This document shows positions 1-13,900 of a stretch of 64,000 nt of DNA, in pieces. A program made the position numbers and the translations under genes. Each line of letters starts with the position of its first letter. Position 1 is the first letter of the stretch. The notes below the pieces were generated by a model that saw only the letters and a list, made by a program, of their open reading frames with translations, did no database searches and had not been told where the DNA came from. Origin of the DNA: Lytechinus pictus (lineage: Eukaryota); the NCBI RefSeq assembly GCF_037042905.1, contig NC_087245.1, forward strand, positions 11,844,001 to 11,908,000, given 5' to 3'.

Positions 1-200
1 TCCAGATTTAAGAAAAAATTCAGGAAATGTTATTTTAGTTCAGACTAATTGTGCACGTTTCATTTCGGAGGTCAATCTGAAATTATACTTCCAGTTCCAA
101 ATTCACGCCATTTGGTTATGCAAAAGCATGAATTAAAATTGATGGGCATGGGCCCATGTCACTGGCTAGCCTAGAGGACTCCATGAAGATAATTTTATCA

Positions 201-1257
201 TTTTTACATTGTATTTTCATCACGGAGCCTAGACAAGCCTCCTATAAGGTTGCTCGTACAACTGTGTAAACAAAGATAGATTTCCCTCGGAAATCCACCT
301 TTCCCATAATGATTTTTGGGCAAACATTAAATTTTTACATTTTGTAAGCCTTGATACTCTAAATGTGTACAAAGGCTTAAAAAAAAATTAATTGTAAAAT
401 GTACAAATTGGAAATTTTCTTACAAAAAGGATCACTTGCTTGCAGATCTTGTCCTCACTGCCTCTGAAGAGTTCACGTGCGACAGGTACATTCCTTTCCT
501 CTACTGGCACACATTCTTTGCTGGTAGATGCGATGTATCTGAAGAATTTTTTTCAAAAACAATGGAGAGAAAAATAATCAGTACAGTGAACAACAGCGAA
601 TAACAAATACGTATATATTACAGTGAATAGCAATACATGTCTACACCTAAGGCGGGCAAGGGTTACTACAGAGTGTTGTAAAATTCCATTTGCACTTTAA
701 GAAAAATACATGGGATTGTGAATCAATTTTTATATTGTATTTTCATCACGGAGCCTAGACAAGCCTCCTATAAGGTTGCTCGTACAACTGTGTAAACAAA
801 GATAGATTTGATTTTTCCTCGGAAATCCACCTTTCCCATAATGATTTTTGGGCAAACATTAAATTTTTACATTTTGTAAGCCTTGATACTCTAAATGTGT
901 ACAAAGGCTTTAAAAAAAATTAATTGTGAAATGTACAAATTGGAAATTTTCTTACAAAAAGGATCACTTGCTTGCAGATCTTGTTGTCCTCACTGCCTCT
1001 GAAGAGTTCACGTGCGACAGGTACATTCCTTCCCTGTACTGGCACACGTTCTTTGCTGGTAGATGCGATGTATCTGAATAATTTTTTTTAAAACAATGGA
1101 GAGAAAAATAATCAGTACAGTGAACAGTGAATAAAAATACGTCTATATTACAGTGAATAGCAATACATGTCTACACCTAAGGCGGGCAAGCGTTACTACA
1201 GAGTGTTGTAAAATTCCATTTGCACATTAAGAAAAATACATGGGATTGTGAATCAAT
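201..1257. repeat. Tandem duplication, two ~527-bp units
   Basis: 201-726 is repeated at 727-1257 with scattered substitutions and small indels. Confidence 0.93.
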
Positions 1258-1738
1258 GATTCAACTATAATGATAAACATGCAGCACATCATCATATTTA
1301 TTTAAAAAATGAGTAAGTTCACTTGGTCTTGGGAATACTTCTGAAATCGATGTCGCAGAGATCAGTCCTTCATGTTTATAATTCCATGGAGCTCAATAAA
1401 TGGCTCTCCTTATGCCTCCGAATTTGCTTTCCTAGACACACTCAATTTTATAAAATGCTCAATTGTTGTAGATTGTTATTAAAATTGTAAATGCAACAGC
1501 TGTGTAGCTATTAATTAATCTGTGGTGAAACTAGGCTTGGGTCATGTACAAAAATATCGCGCTCCTCAAAAAAAAATTATAAGTAGGGTGTCCGAACTCA
1601 TATTAGGCCTAAAAAAAGTGCTAGAATTTCATATTTTACATCTTTAAAACCATTAAATCACCATCTCTTTTCCATAATTCTCATAATAGAAGATACACAA
1701 AGACCCCAAAAGAAAACTTGACATCTGAATTACCTAAC

Positions 1739-1916
1739 TTACAGCCTCCTCATATGGAGGGCAGCAACGAAGTATTCGGATCTCCACTCCTGAGTCCTGG
1801 CGGTTCTGAGCTGGGCCTTCTTCTGGAAACTACCGGTACCCCAGGTCATGTTCACTGACTTCATCTCCTCCTCGAGGCTCAGTATGACTCCAGGTGGTTT
1901 TGGGTCTCCCTCTCTC
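1739..1916 (-). mobile_element. Degenerate 3' end of an RTE-clade LINE ORF
   Basis: Frameshifted RGRPKTTW..T / EEEMKSVNMTWGT..QKKAQ..QEWRS..FVAALH matches the typical RTE C-terminal signature. Confidence 0.7.
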
Positions 1917-2639
1917 CTGAAATACACAGTCAAAAAGTGATAAACAGCTAGGCCTAGGCCTGTTCATGAAAAAATCAGACTCTTAAAATGGTGGAAAAAA
2001 TAATGAATTTCGATTTTCGGCATTTCAAAATCTCATCAAAATCCTCAAATCGTTTGTAAAGTGATTGGCGCGCAGACACGAGGCGCTGGCCACTATCATA
2101 ATGTTAAATCTGAAATTGAAAATCATAACTGGCCGAGTCTCAGATTTTTTCCAAGACCAAGAAAATCAGTTTCACATTCGATCACATATCTCTCTCATTT
2201 ACTTATAACAATATATGGAACAATATCAATTGAAAGATTTTGTGAAATAAAAAGAAATTCATGTTAAATCTTAACACAAATCGTAAGGTCAATATGATGT
2301 ATGTGCGCAGACTTGCACCGGCATGGCAGCCACACATCCACGCCCGGCTAGTCGCGGCCGGCAGGCAGCGCTGAGGGGCAGTACAACAGGATGTCCTGAC
2401 GAACTCTAACGTTACAGCTAGCCCCGCAGCTAGCTGCGAGCCGCGCCATTTAACAAACTACGAAAAGAAAATCATAGAAAATTGTTAACTTACCTGTAGA
2501 GCCTACTGCGAATGTCTTAGCTTTCAAGTCATTGTCCAAATCTGGTCCGTGTGATTTCAGTGGTTGAATTATTAGTAAAACGGCCTTCTTTACCCTTCTT
2601 TATCGCACTAGCACTCGATAAAAGTGCGGTGCAAATTAA

Positions 2640-2812
2640 CGGCGCGGCGAAGATGGCTCTTTCAAATTCAAATTAGATTGGCGGTTTGCGTTTGGCGCGG
2701 CGGCGCTGGTTAATTTGCATAATTATATACGGACGATAGCGATCAGTGGCACTCAGTGCGCATGCGCAGGCCCGCCCGCGCCCGGTGATTGAAGGAAGAT
2801 CTGCTGAGTCAG
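2640..2812 (-). promoter_or_regulatory. CpG-rich promoter with a housekeeping/cell-cycle motif cluster
   Basis: AAGATGGC (YY1-like, 2650), 2x TTCAAA (CHR, 2661 and 2667), ATTGG (2677), TTTGGCGCG (E2F, 2691), ATTTGCAT (octamer, 2713), TGCGCATGCGCA (NRF1, 2757), CCCGCCC (2771), TGAGTCA (2805). Perfect minus-strand donor CAG|GTAAGT at 2494/2493. Confidence 0.6.
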
Positions 2813-4205
2813 GAATAACGAAGGGGGGGGGGGGGTCTATAAAGCAAGAAAGAAGTTTTAAAATAGAAATACGAACTTCTTAACATACAAATTTCTTCTT
2901 GTTTGGTTTTGGTTGGCAACCAGTCAAGAAATGACGATTTTTGCCTCTGCTTTTGGAGCTTTTTTTTTTCTTTGAAAGTTTAAGAATGAATTAGCTTAAT
3001 ATTTGTTCTTTATTTCTATTTTATTTATTTTCTTTTTATTTGAAAGATAAAGATAGCCTTGCTTAACATGGCAAGGTTGTAAACTAGCAATAAATATGCG
3101 CGTTATAAATAGAAAAAAATAGCTATTCTATTCACCTTCAAAAATATTTTTTAAATATCAGTGAGTTAAAAAAAGAAAAATACATTAATTTTTATGTGAT
3201 TTGTAAAAATAGTGTAAAATAGTCCTCTTTAACTTAAATTAGAAAAAAGGGATTAAATAGGAAGAAATTTTTTCTCGCAACAAATATCTAGGATAACAAT
3301 TTTTTTAATGTAAACTAGAAAATTTCACTAAGAATAACATGTTTCGATTTAAGTTATATGGTAATATCGAACCACATACTTTAATGAAACTTTTCAAGGT
3401 GGAAATATTAAAATTAACATAAAGAATAATTAAGTTAGTTATTATGTAGATATTTTTTTTCCTCTTATCCTCAATCGAGCTGTGTATAGGATGGATAAAT
3501 GCATGGCATTTATTGTGGTAAAAGGCTGAATTACATGAATTTGTACAGAGCAAAATTTCAGTTAACAAATAAGCAACAAAAAAATAACAAAGTATACTAA
3601 TGTATAATATTGGAAAGGGGATACAAAAAGAAAAGTATACAGGGAGGGGGGGGAGTAGGGAGTAATGTCAAAAGCAGGAACGGGCAAAGGTTGGGAGTAG
3701 GCTAAATGTATATACCTTTAACATAATGAACATTTTCACATAAATATATATTTAACCAATATTGAATGAATAACAATACATGTAGATTAAAGAGTGGATT
3801 GTATGAAATAATACTTGCTTTTTTTAAAGAAAAGTAACGCTTTGTTGATGGTAACAATAATAATAGTTATAGGAAACACATTCATGAATGATAATCATAA
3901 AGAATTATCTCAAAAGGAATTAAAAACAAAGATAAGAGGACTTTGAAGTAATATGATCTGTACAAAAAATATAAATATTAATGTAAAGTGGGTTACAGCT
4001 ATATTGAGCCAGTGACTTGTCGGATAAAAAATTTGAATGATTACTGCAGATATCAACAATTACAAAAATATTTCAAAAGTCAGTTTAAGAGAAGCGACAA
4101 ATAAAACAACAAAGGTATGAAAACATAGTTCTTATATAATATATATATATATATATATATAAACTCTGTTGGAAATAAGTACAATGCATTACCACTATGC
4201 CTCTA

Positions 4206-4247
<42 letters not shown>

Positions 4248-4269
4248 TATATATGTATATACGGGTTCT

Positions 4270-5519
4270 TACTAGAATCAACTGGTAAGTCCTATTGGTT
4301 CTAACTGGTATCATTTGGTTTGATATTCCAGTATGGTTAATGGGTTTCAAGTGGGTTATGGGTGGCCTATGGGTTCCAACTGGTATAATCTGTTCCAGTT
4401 TGGTTTATGGGTTTTAACTGAAATCAGCTGGTAGATATATACTGGTAATGCCTATTGGTTCTAACTGGTATCAATTGGTTTGATATTCCAGTATGGTAAA
4501 TGGGTTTCAAGTGGGTTATGGGAGGTCTATGGGTTCCAACTGGTAAAATATGTCCCAGTTTAATTGATTTATGGGTTTTAACTGGAATCAACTGGTAGTA
4601 TACCAGTAATGTATGTTGATTTTAACTGGTATCAATTGGTTTGATATTCCAGTATGGTTAATGGGTTTCAAGTGGGTTATGGGAGGTCTATGGGTTCCAA
4701 CTGGTAAAATATGTTCCAGTTTGGTTTATGGGTTTTAACTGGAATCAACTGGTAGTATACCAGTAATGTATGCTGGTTTAACTGGTATCAATTGGTTTGA
4801 AATTCCAGTATGGTTAATGGGTTTCAAGTGGGTTATGGGAGGTCTATGGGTTCCAACTGGTATAATCTGCTCCAGTATGGTTTATGGCTTTTAACTGGAA
4901 TCAGCTGGTAGATATGCCAGTAATGCCTATATTGGTTCTAACTGGTATCCATTGGTTTGATATTCCAGTATGGTTAATGGGTTTCAAGTGGGGTTATGGG
5001 AGGTCTATGGGTTCCAACTGGAACACTCTGATCCAGTTTGGTTTATGGGTTTTAACTGGAATCAACTGGTAGGTATACCAGTAATGCATGTTGGTTCTAA
5101 CTGGTATCAATTGGTTTAATGATATACCAGTATGGTTTATGGGTTTAAGGTGGCATTAACTGGTATATACACCCATTGGGTTTCTATGGGTTCCAACTGG
5201 CATCAAATGGTCCAGTTTGGCTAATGGGTTTTAAACTGGAATCTATTGGTAGATAAACCAGAAAGGCCTATTGGTTTTAACTGGTATTAACTGGTGTACT
5301 AATTTATACCAGTATAGTTAATTGGTTTCAACTGGAATAAACTTGTATGTTTTCAGCATGTCCAGTTGAGACAATGGGTTTCAACTGGAATATACTGGCA
5401 TGGTGGGAGTTTACCAGTTGTGCCAATTGGTTTCAACTGGTACCAGTTGACTCCAGTTGAAACCAGTTAAAATTTCAACTGGTTTCAACTAGTTGGTATA
5501 GTAATAGTCGTTGGCTGGG
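4270..5519. repeat. ~160-bp minisatellite rich in AACTGG/CCAGT, ending in a CTGGG terminus
   Basis: TGATATTCCAGTATGG-like anchor at 4321, 4481, 4642, 4798, 4958 and 5120; follows a (TA)n tract. Confidence 0.88.
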
Positions 5520-5975
5520 GGATCTAGGGAGTTGGCCGGGCTCGTCTCTCTCTCTCTCTCTCTTCAAATTCAAGAATTGTGATTAAAACCTTTGATCAAA
5601 ACCCCATGCCCAATCCCAACCTGTCTCGGTCACTCGGTTTTTTGATGACCCCTATTGATCCATCTCATTGATGGGAGAAGTGAAAAGACCAGGGTTCGTG
5701 CTGTCTAAAGTAAATACTCCATTATATTATCCTGCGACGATTAATCCTTTAAGTCAATCTTGTACAAAACAACTCATGGAAATAACTTGAAATTATTGAT
5801 CGGCTGGGGGTGGCTTAAACTGCTAAATCAACCATGTAGGCCTACATGTGCACAAAAAACTTACAAAAGTTCAATATAATATATTTAAACGATTGGTTCC
5901 ATTGCCATGAGACTGATCGTGGAATCAATACAGTCCTATTCGAAATCCTTAAAATCGGCCTTTCGTTTCTTTTAA

Positions 5976-7141
5976 AGGGCACTTCAGGCTGAAAATAATG
6001 TGATTTGAACAGATTAAGCAAAGTCAGACAAGCAAAACACGATCAATTTGACAAGTAATAACAAAGTTATGACATTTTCAAGATTTACATTATTTCGGTG
6101 AAACAGCTCTGTGCATGCTTTCATGAATATCCAACAAGCAAATCGATGATGCCCGGGGGGGGGGGGGGTGCCACTTACATTGACGAGTGGATACCATGCG
6201 CGACCAAAAAAACACGTAAAAAGGATGTCTTTTTCAAGATAGGGCACGTTACGTACGTAACGTGATAAGGGTGTCAAAAACACAAAAATAATGAAAAAAG
6301 GGTATCTATTTCGCGAGGAAAGTTACGTGTTTAGGGTCAAATTTGCGGGGATGATAAAACGAAATTAAAATGTTTTATAAAGGATGTCCTTTAAATTCTT
6401 TATTTGCCCCAACACTACGTGTTTAGAGTCCGATTTGCACGAGGTGTGTAAGGTGGGGTTGTACTAAACCAAATGATGTGTAAAGGTAAAACCAACGACC
6501 GAAGGACCCGTGACATAACAATAAAATACTTCTGTACTTGTTTAGGGGTTCATTTCACGGAATACTTGCCAAGAGTATCATTTTATTCCAAATACTTGTT
6601 AAGGGTAGGGTTTCACATGCAAGCCAATACTTGTTAAGGGGTGCATTTTCAGAATATGGAAAATACGTGTTTAGGGTGCTTTTTGAGACCCCATGGTCGC
6701 GCATGGTATCCACTCGTCAATGGAAGTGGCCCCCCCCCCCGGGCGATGATGTAATATTCTCAATTCTTTTATATTTTATTATATGAAATTATGTTTATTC
6801 AAATTTTGTCATCCAAGAATGATAAAAATTGGATTGGCAACTGATAGAATGCATTACATATTTACTGCTGCAACTATTAAGGGGGACATTATCATACATA
6901 CATATATGAAAATAAGAAATGATTATCATTTCATGTAATAACATATAAGAAGGGGATCATCAGTTCACCTAATGAATATTCAAGACGATGTGCATGCATA
7001 CAACTGTTTTCACGAAATATTGTAAAAACTTTAAGATTTAACAACTGTGTTATTTGTTATCTGATTTTGATGAAATTTTCAACATTTACTTCATTGAATG
7101 TTATTTATTTAGATATAATATTTTCAGCCCGAGACACCCCT
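5976..7141. mobile_element. TTAA-flanked AGG...CCT MITE (Kolobok-like), host of a nested element
   Basis: TTAA at 5972-5975 and 7142-7145; imperfect TIR AGGGCACTTCAGGCTGAAAAT / ATTTTCAGCCCGAGACACCCCT. Confidence 0.7.
6152..6743. mobile_element. CCCGGG(G)n-tipped MITE with 8-bp TSD
   Basis: ~50-bp TIR ...GCCACTT.CATTGACGAGTGGATACCATGCGCGACCA; TSD CGATGATG at 6144-6151 and 6744-6751. Confidence 0.88.
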
Positions 7142-8015
7142 TTAAAACTTCATGTTTTATGTTAGTTTACTTTGTATTCTAGACAGTTTTCATTTCTACT
7201 CGTCTTCTTATATCAGTGATCATGTACAAATAATTAGCAATATTTTGTCAGTCATTTCCGTCTATTTGCTATTTTCGATCTTTTAATTTGTAATGGAAGT
7301 AAAACTGATGAAAAACCATAGAATCACGCCCGATCATGCTACACAGGTGGAAGTTTGAAAAGCGATCAAGCGTCTTGAAGTGAGACTAGATATCTCCAAG
7401 TGAATCTTGATATCATGACAGCGCACTTTCCCCCAAAATACACAGAATTTGCGCATGTTATTCCTTTAAAAAAAATGATATCGTTTAGGTCTGTTCTCTG
7501 ACGGATGATAAAACATGACCGTGATGATGTTTTTCACCTCCCAGGGAAACGATGGGATAGTCGTCCAATTATTGTCACACGCGACCCGTCCTACCTTGCG
7601 CAGGACAGAGGATGGGCAATTGCCCCCCACCTGAAATTTTGCGACCCTACTTTTTAATTGATAGTTTTCACAGAATTGCCGAATTATATATACGTCAGAT
7701 CCAAAATATCAATTTAAAAATGAGCCAACACCCCCTTCGAATCAACTCGATCGCTTTGCGCTCTTGCAATTCATGTTGACAAGTATAGTTTAGAAACAAA
7801 AAACTGTGTGCAAAAACATACCCCATTAATTGCTTTTGTGCTTCTCTCGAATACCATTCTATTAATTTTGTACTTTTTTCACCCAAGTAACGTCTCAACC
7901 TGCAGCAAATAGATAGCCGAGTGCACACAGATCCCCGCCCTTTCCCCTACCCTCTCCCCTGCGAATAGCCTTTATAATAATTATAATTATTACTTTATAC
8001 TAAGATAGGCCTTAA

Positions 8016-8623
8016 AGGACAAGTCCACCCCAACAAAAAAGTTGATTTGAATAAAAAAAGAAAAATCCAACAAGTATAAGACTGAAAATTTCATCAAAAT
8101 CGGATGTAAAATAAGAAAGTTATGACATTTTTAAAGTTTCGCTTATTTTTCACAAAACAGTTCTATGCTCAACTCAGTGATATGCAAATGAGAGAGTCGA
8201 TGATGTCACTCACTCACTATTTATTTTGTTTGTTATTGTTCGAATTATACAATATTTCAATTTTTACGAATTTGACAATTAGGAACCCCTTGCTGGAACC
8301 ACAAAATTTTAAAATAATGGAATTCCTCGTATTCAGGGAGGAATGAAACTTTGTTTCACATGACAATGAGAAGAAAATCAAAATATTTCATATTTCATGT
8401 AATAAATAACAAAAGAAATAGTGAGTGGGTGATGTCATCGGTCCCCTAATTTGCATACCAAACAGGATGTGCATAATATAACTGTTTTGAGAAATTAAGC
8501 GAAACTTTAAAATGTTATAACTTTCTTATTTTATATCCGATTTTGTTGTAATTTTCAGTGTTATGCTTGTTTGATTTTTCTCTATCTGTTCAAATCAGCT
8601 TTTTGTTGGGGTGGACTTGTCCT
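8016..8623. mobile_element. Kolobok-like TTAA MITE family K1, copy 1
   Basis: TTAA|AGGACAAGTCCACCCCAAC...GTTGGGGTGGACTTGTCCT|TTAA, ~130-bp TIR; homologous to 52523-53118. Confidence 0.88.
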
Positions 8624-9758
8624 TTAATACAATTACTATTCGAGGCTCGTGCCACTTTTTTGTCCGGAACCTCGGTACTCATTCGCCGCAGAGCCTGAAT
8701 CTGACCCCGACAAGCCTTAGAATCTGACAAGCCACAACAAGGCATTACCCGGTCCCAATCAGAAAAAAATGCTGGTCATGTACCCCAGCTGTGCTTCCCG
8801 GGGACATGTTGGTATACCTTCTATTCATACAGGTATATTTTTCCGTAGTTTTCGGATTTAGGCCTATTGACGCGAAATACGAAATTGCCAGGTAGAATAT
8901 AGCAGTATTTAAAAAAATGAAATGGCGCAATCTTACTTTCCCTTTATCAAACAGGGGCCGCGAAGCGTTGGTTACTGTATTTTTTTAATTTTTGTTTAGT
9001 GTATGTGTGTTTGGAAATGCATGGGCGAGCTAGCTGCAACATGCGAAAATCACAAGTAGATGATAATTTTCATGTTTTTTGCACACGCTCACTGAAAAAA
9101 GGCGAGGGGCTGAACTTCGTACCCCCCCCCCCCCCCCCAGAGCCTCGACTCCGTGGGACTCCGCGGCCCTGTCAAAAATACCACCGAACTGGAGTGGCCA
9201 AATGCGTTTACTAATATCTATAGTGTTAGCGGCACAGTCCTATCTGAACTCAACCCATGCTCCCCGCACGAGTAATTTATTGAAAATTGCGACCCATTTC
9301 ATTCTGTTCCATTCCATTCATTCATTGGATCGACGAGGCCGTGTAATCATTAGCGAATGTACACTCCTCAAATCGACCACGGCGGGCAAAGCCTAATATG
9401 GTCTAACACGTGATATGTACCATGGAGTTAATATCTCTGGATTGACCTCGTTTGCAGTCGAGCTTGGCTGGCTAGATGCATCTGTATAACTCTATGGTAT
9501 GCCCTATTCATTGTACAAACGAGATGTTTCTTCTTTGCCTAAAAATGTGCGTATGTGTGTGCGTGAGGGTTGATGTGTGGGCGTGAAGGTTTTTTTTTTT
9601 TTTTTTATTAAACATGACTGTATTCAATTTTATTTGTGGTGTGTGTGTGTTTTATGTGCATTTTAGTATGTTATGTTTTCATTAGAACAACTATATATGT
9701 TTTGTTAATTTTCGGTTGATGGAACAAATAGGGCCTACAGTCTGAAGAAAAAGTGTTA

Positions 9759-10186
9759 AGGCCACCGCACACCATACGACTGCTTGCGATCCGATTTTGG
9801 AACAAATCGCATTTTGCTCATTTTCTGAAACTGTTAATGGAACATATCATTTTATCTAAGGTTAAAATTAATTTAAAGAATACTGATATAACCATTTTGA
9901 AAGATTGCAAGCCTTTATTTTGGAATAAAGGCCAAATTAGTTTCAAATCGTAGCCAATCGTACGACTGCTATGACGTCATTACGACTAGATATTAAATTC
10001 GCTTTTATTCTAAGAAGGATGATATCCCGGGATGATATCATAGTCACAGATTTGAACATAGGTATGCGTAAGATTATTTAGAACATTACACAGTAAGATA
10101 TTCCAATTCTGAATACTAGCATCAAATTCTACAACATTTTATTCTGAAATCGGGTCGCAGACCAATTGTAAGGTGTGCGGTCGCCT
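9759..10186. mobile_element. PIF/Harbinger-like MITE
   Basis: TTA|AGGCCACCGCACACC...GGTGTGCGGTCGCCT|TTA. Confidence 0.72.
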
Positions 10187-10559
10187 TTAGAGAGCTAGTG
10201 CGCGTTGTATTCACGAGTCATGAGATGCGTATCTCACCAAAGGATCAACGCAAGTGCAAGCTAAAAGAAAAATATTTTCTAACCTTTAATGTGTCACTAT
10301 ATAAAAAGGGTTTAATTATCTTATTTAAAAAAAAGACAAATTTCATTTTAAAAAGTGGTATTTTTCATTTTTTTTAAGAATTTTTTTTTCAAAATTTTTC
10401 TACTTTTTTTGCGGGGAGGGGGGGGGGGGCAAGTGCACCCCCTCCGTTTCCACCGCCCCTGATATAATAGGCCTTAACAAACACACCCTATCACACACAT
10501 ATATATATGTAATAAAATGAAAAAAGATAGAATAACTATCTAAAAGCTATGCAGGAGCA

Positions 10560-10790
10560 TGTTGTAGTAGGTCCACGGCAGAGGGGGCGGAAATACTACA
10601 AGGAGTAACAAAATGGCGACTGCTCGCTTAAACTTGGAGGGCTTTTCAGAATTATCCATTCACTCAACTAATTGAGGGTGACCTTTCCATTGAGGGCAGC
10701 AGACAAAGAGAAGCGCGTGCACGTTCATGAGATGAGTCCGATTTGAAGATATTTCGATTGCATCAGAGATCTCGCGGGAAAACAATAAAC
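10560..10790. promoter_or_regulatory. Promoter-like motif cluster without an identifiable gene
   Basis: GGGGCGG, ACTACA, AAAATGGCG (YY1-like), ATTTGAA, TCTCGCGGGAAA (E2F/BANP-like). Confidence 0.35.
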
Positions 10791-10901
10791 CAGAAACATG
10801 CGCGGATCCAGGGGGGGGGCACGCCCCCCTCCCCCTTAGAAGAAAAATTAAAATTTATAATGTAATAATGCCTTGTCAAATTTTTCGGATACGAAATATC
10901 C

Positions 10902-13900
10902 TCCGAAAAATTTGCCACCCCCCTTTTGGAAAATCCTGGATCCGCCCCTGACCAGAGATATGTAAAACACCTTTTTATAACGTGTGAGTAAAAAAAAATG
11001 AAACCTCACAAAGACCGAATTTAAGGAAAAAATATGTCATGAACACATAATTGTTAGATATGGCCTGAAAGAGTATTTATCTCCCTAATAATTTGATACC
11101 ACATTTATTATGTGGTATGTGTTAACGCTTGGGTGATCAGGAGGAATTCTTTGCAGTGTTGCAAATTTTGATTTGCGCCAAAGTGAGGCATAAAATGAAT
11201 CCAGATGTCAATGATGTCATAATCCTACAAGGATTGTATTAAAATCCATTTCAAAACACCTTTTCAGTAATGTACATTATAAGTATTTAATGAACACTTT
11301 TAATATTAATTCTCAAACTAATTTTATTGAAAAGGGATATGTTATACTAACTCATGTAGAATTATGACATCATTGGCATCTGGGTTCATTCATTGCAGTC
11401 ATGCCTTTCTTTGGTGCAAATTGAAATTTACATCACAGTAAAGAATACCTCAGTCCTGATTATCTGAGCGTGGAGACATATCACATGTATATGGTATCAA
11501 ATCATTTTGAAGAAGATACTATTTCCAATCGTATATAATTATTACGCGTTCATGACATATTTTTTTCTTAAATTTGGGATTCGTGAGGTGTCATTTTTGT
11601 TTTTTTACTCACACGGGTATATACGATTTACTCCTCCTCTTCTCCTTCTTCTCATCCTCTTCTTCTCCTCCTCCTCCTTCTTCTTCCTCCTCCTTCTTCT
11701 TCCTCTTCTTCTTTGCTTCTCCTTCTCCACCTCCTCCAAAGCCCATTCTTCAAGTTTATCAAAATCTGCCAATAGATGATGTCTGACCATTGAAATACAG
11801 ATTTTAAAGGGCGGGCTCAGCTTTGATGTTCAGCTAAAATTTCCTTAACCCCGTACTATAGGTGGGGCTAAATTGCCATTTAGCCCCACCTATAGTACGG
11901 GGTTAAGCCTTAGCCCACTTTCGTTTTACACTAGCGATCTTAACCCCGTACTATCGCTCTTAGCACCGCAATTGCTGGGATAACCCTGCTTTTTTGCAGG
12001 GCCAAATAATCCCGTACTAAAGGTGGGGTTAGCCCACTTTGCAAAAATGCTGTGTAAAAAGAAAGTGGGCTAAGCTTAACCCCGTACTATAGGTGGGGCT
12101 AAATGGCAATTTAGCCCCACCTATAGTACGGGGTTAAGGAAATTTTAGCGTGTGTAAAAAGGGTATTAATAAAAACTCATCAAATATCATTCAGTCTTTG
12201 CTTATTATACCGATTTTATTCATTGACCATGCTTTCAATTGTCATACCATTCTGGCGACACTTCAGTGGTTCAAAATATACACAAAATGTGAAGATTTAC
12301 CACAATGCGACATGACTATAATTTCTCAGTTTCCCCAATATCTACTTTTTTTTTAAACGGAAAAAAAATAACATCACCACTGTTGAGCATCTAGCTATGT
12401 TCTTGATAAATCTGAAAATAGTAGTAACTATAAAAATGCATCATTGCACACCAAGTACTGACTATCAAGAAAACACCAACCATACAGAGAAAATTTACAG
12501 CTAGATTGGCATTCAAGCATTTTGTATTTGAAAGGAATGAGGCCGGATCGAAGGAAAGAAAGAAGAAATAATTGTAGGAAGGACGGAAGGTGGGTAACAT
12601 ATGAAAGGGTTGTAGGGAGGGAAACTAGGTGGAATCTAAGAGAGAAAATATTGGAATTCAGGAAGGAGGGAAGAAAAGAAAAAAGGGAATGAAGGAAGAA
12701 GGGATAAATGAAGGAAGAAGGGATAAATGAAAGAAATAAGGAAAGAAAGGGAAAATGAAGGAAAAGAATAAAAGCGAATTTAGATGTAATGCTTTATTAA
12801 GAGAAGGTGGGAATTTTAAATCAACTTCATGTGGAAAAATAATATCAACTTCATAGCATTTAAATTAAATATTCAAGGGCATAAAAATGTTGATTTTGCT
12901 ACATAAAATAAATGGTTAACTATAATATTTACAAAGTATCATTTAAAGAACGTGCAACAAAGTAAAACATGTAGATAAGACAAGACATATTGGATGAAAG
13001 CTGGTTTTAATCAGGTATGTCAGTATCATTGGTAACAGCTTGTATGTTTGTAGCCACCAGGTTTGGTATTCCATCTTGTCTTGCCTTACATTTAAAGACT
13101 GCATCACATACCGTGCAAGTCCAAAAAATAAACCTTGACTATCTCACAAATTCCAAATTTAAGGAAAAAAGATGTCTTGAACCATTGGCGGCGGAGCAGA
13201 GGATTATCTTTTGTGTTTGGGGGGACGCAACAATAGATATTTCGTATCCGAAAAATTTGCCCCCCCCCCCCCTTTTGGAAAATCCTGGATCCGCCCCTGA
13301 CCAGAGATATGTAAAACACCTTTTTATAACGTGTGAGTAAAAAAAAATGAAACCTCACAAAGACCGAATTTAAGGAAAAAATATGTCATGAACACATAAT
13401 TGTTAGATATGGCCTGAAAGAGTATTTATCTCCCTAATAATTTGATACCACATTTATTATGTGGTATGTGTTAACGCTTGGGTGATCAGGAGGAATTCTT
13501 TGCAGTGTTGCAAATTTTGATTTGCGCCAAGGTGAGGCATAAATGAATCCAGATGTCAATGATGTCATAATCCTACAAGGATTGTATTAAAATCCATTTC
13601 AAAACACCTTTTCAGTAATGTACATAAGTATTTAATAAACACTTTTAATATTAATTCTCAAGCTAATTTTATTGAAAAGGGATATGTTATACTAACTCAT
13701 GTAGAATTATGACATCATTGGCATCTGGGTTCATTCATTGCAGTCATGCCTTTCTTTGGTGCAAATTGAAATTTACATCACAGTAAAGAATACCTCAGTC
13801 CTGATTATCTGAGCGTGGAGACATATCACATGTATATGGTATCAAATCATTTTGAAGAAGATACTCTTTCCAATCGTATATAATTATTACGCGTTCATGA

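Noticed and set aside
3305..4100. Possible decayed L1/Tx1 LINE 3' end (NLIILYV-like motif)
   Set aside because: Too degenerate to support without an alignment.
11507..11790. Poly-S/L/R/E ORFs (also at 13852-14135)
   Set aside because: Products of a (CTT/CTC)n microsatellite, repeated only because of the segmental duplication.
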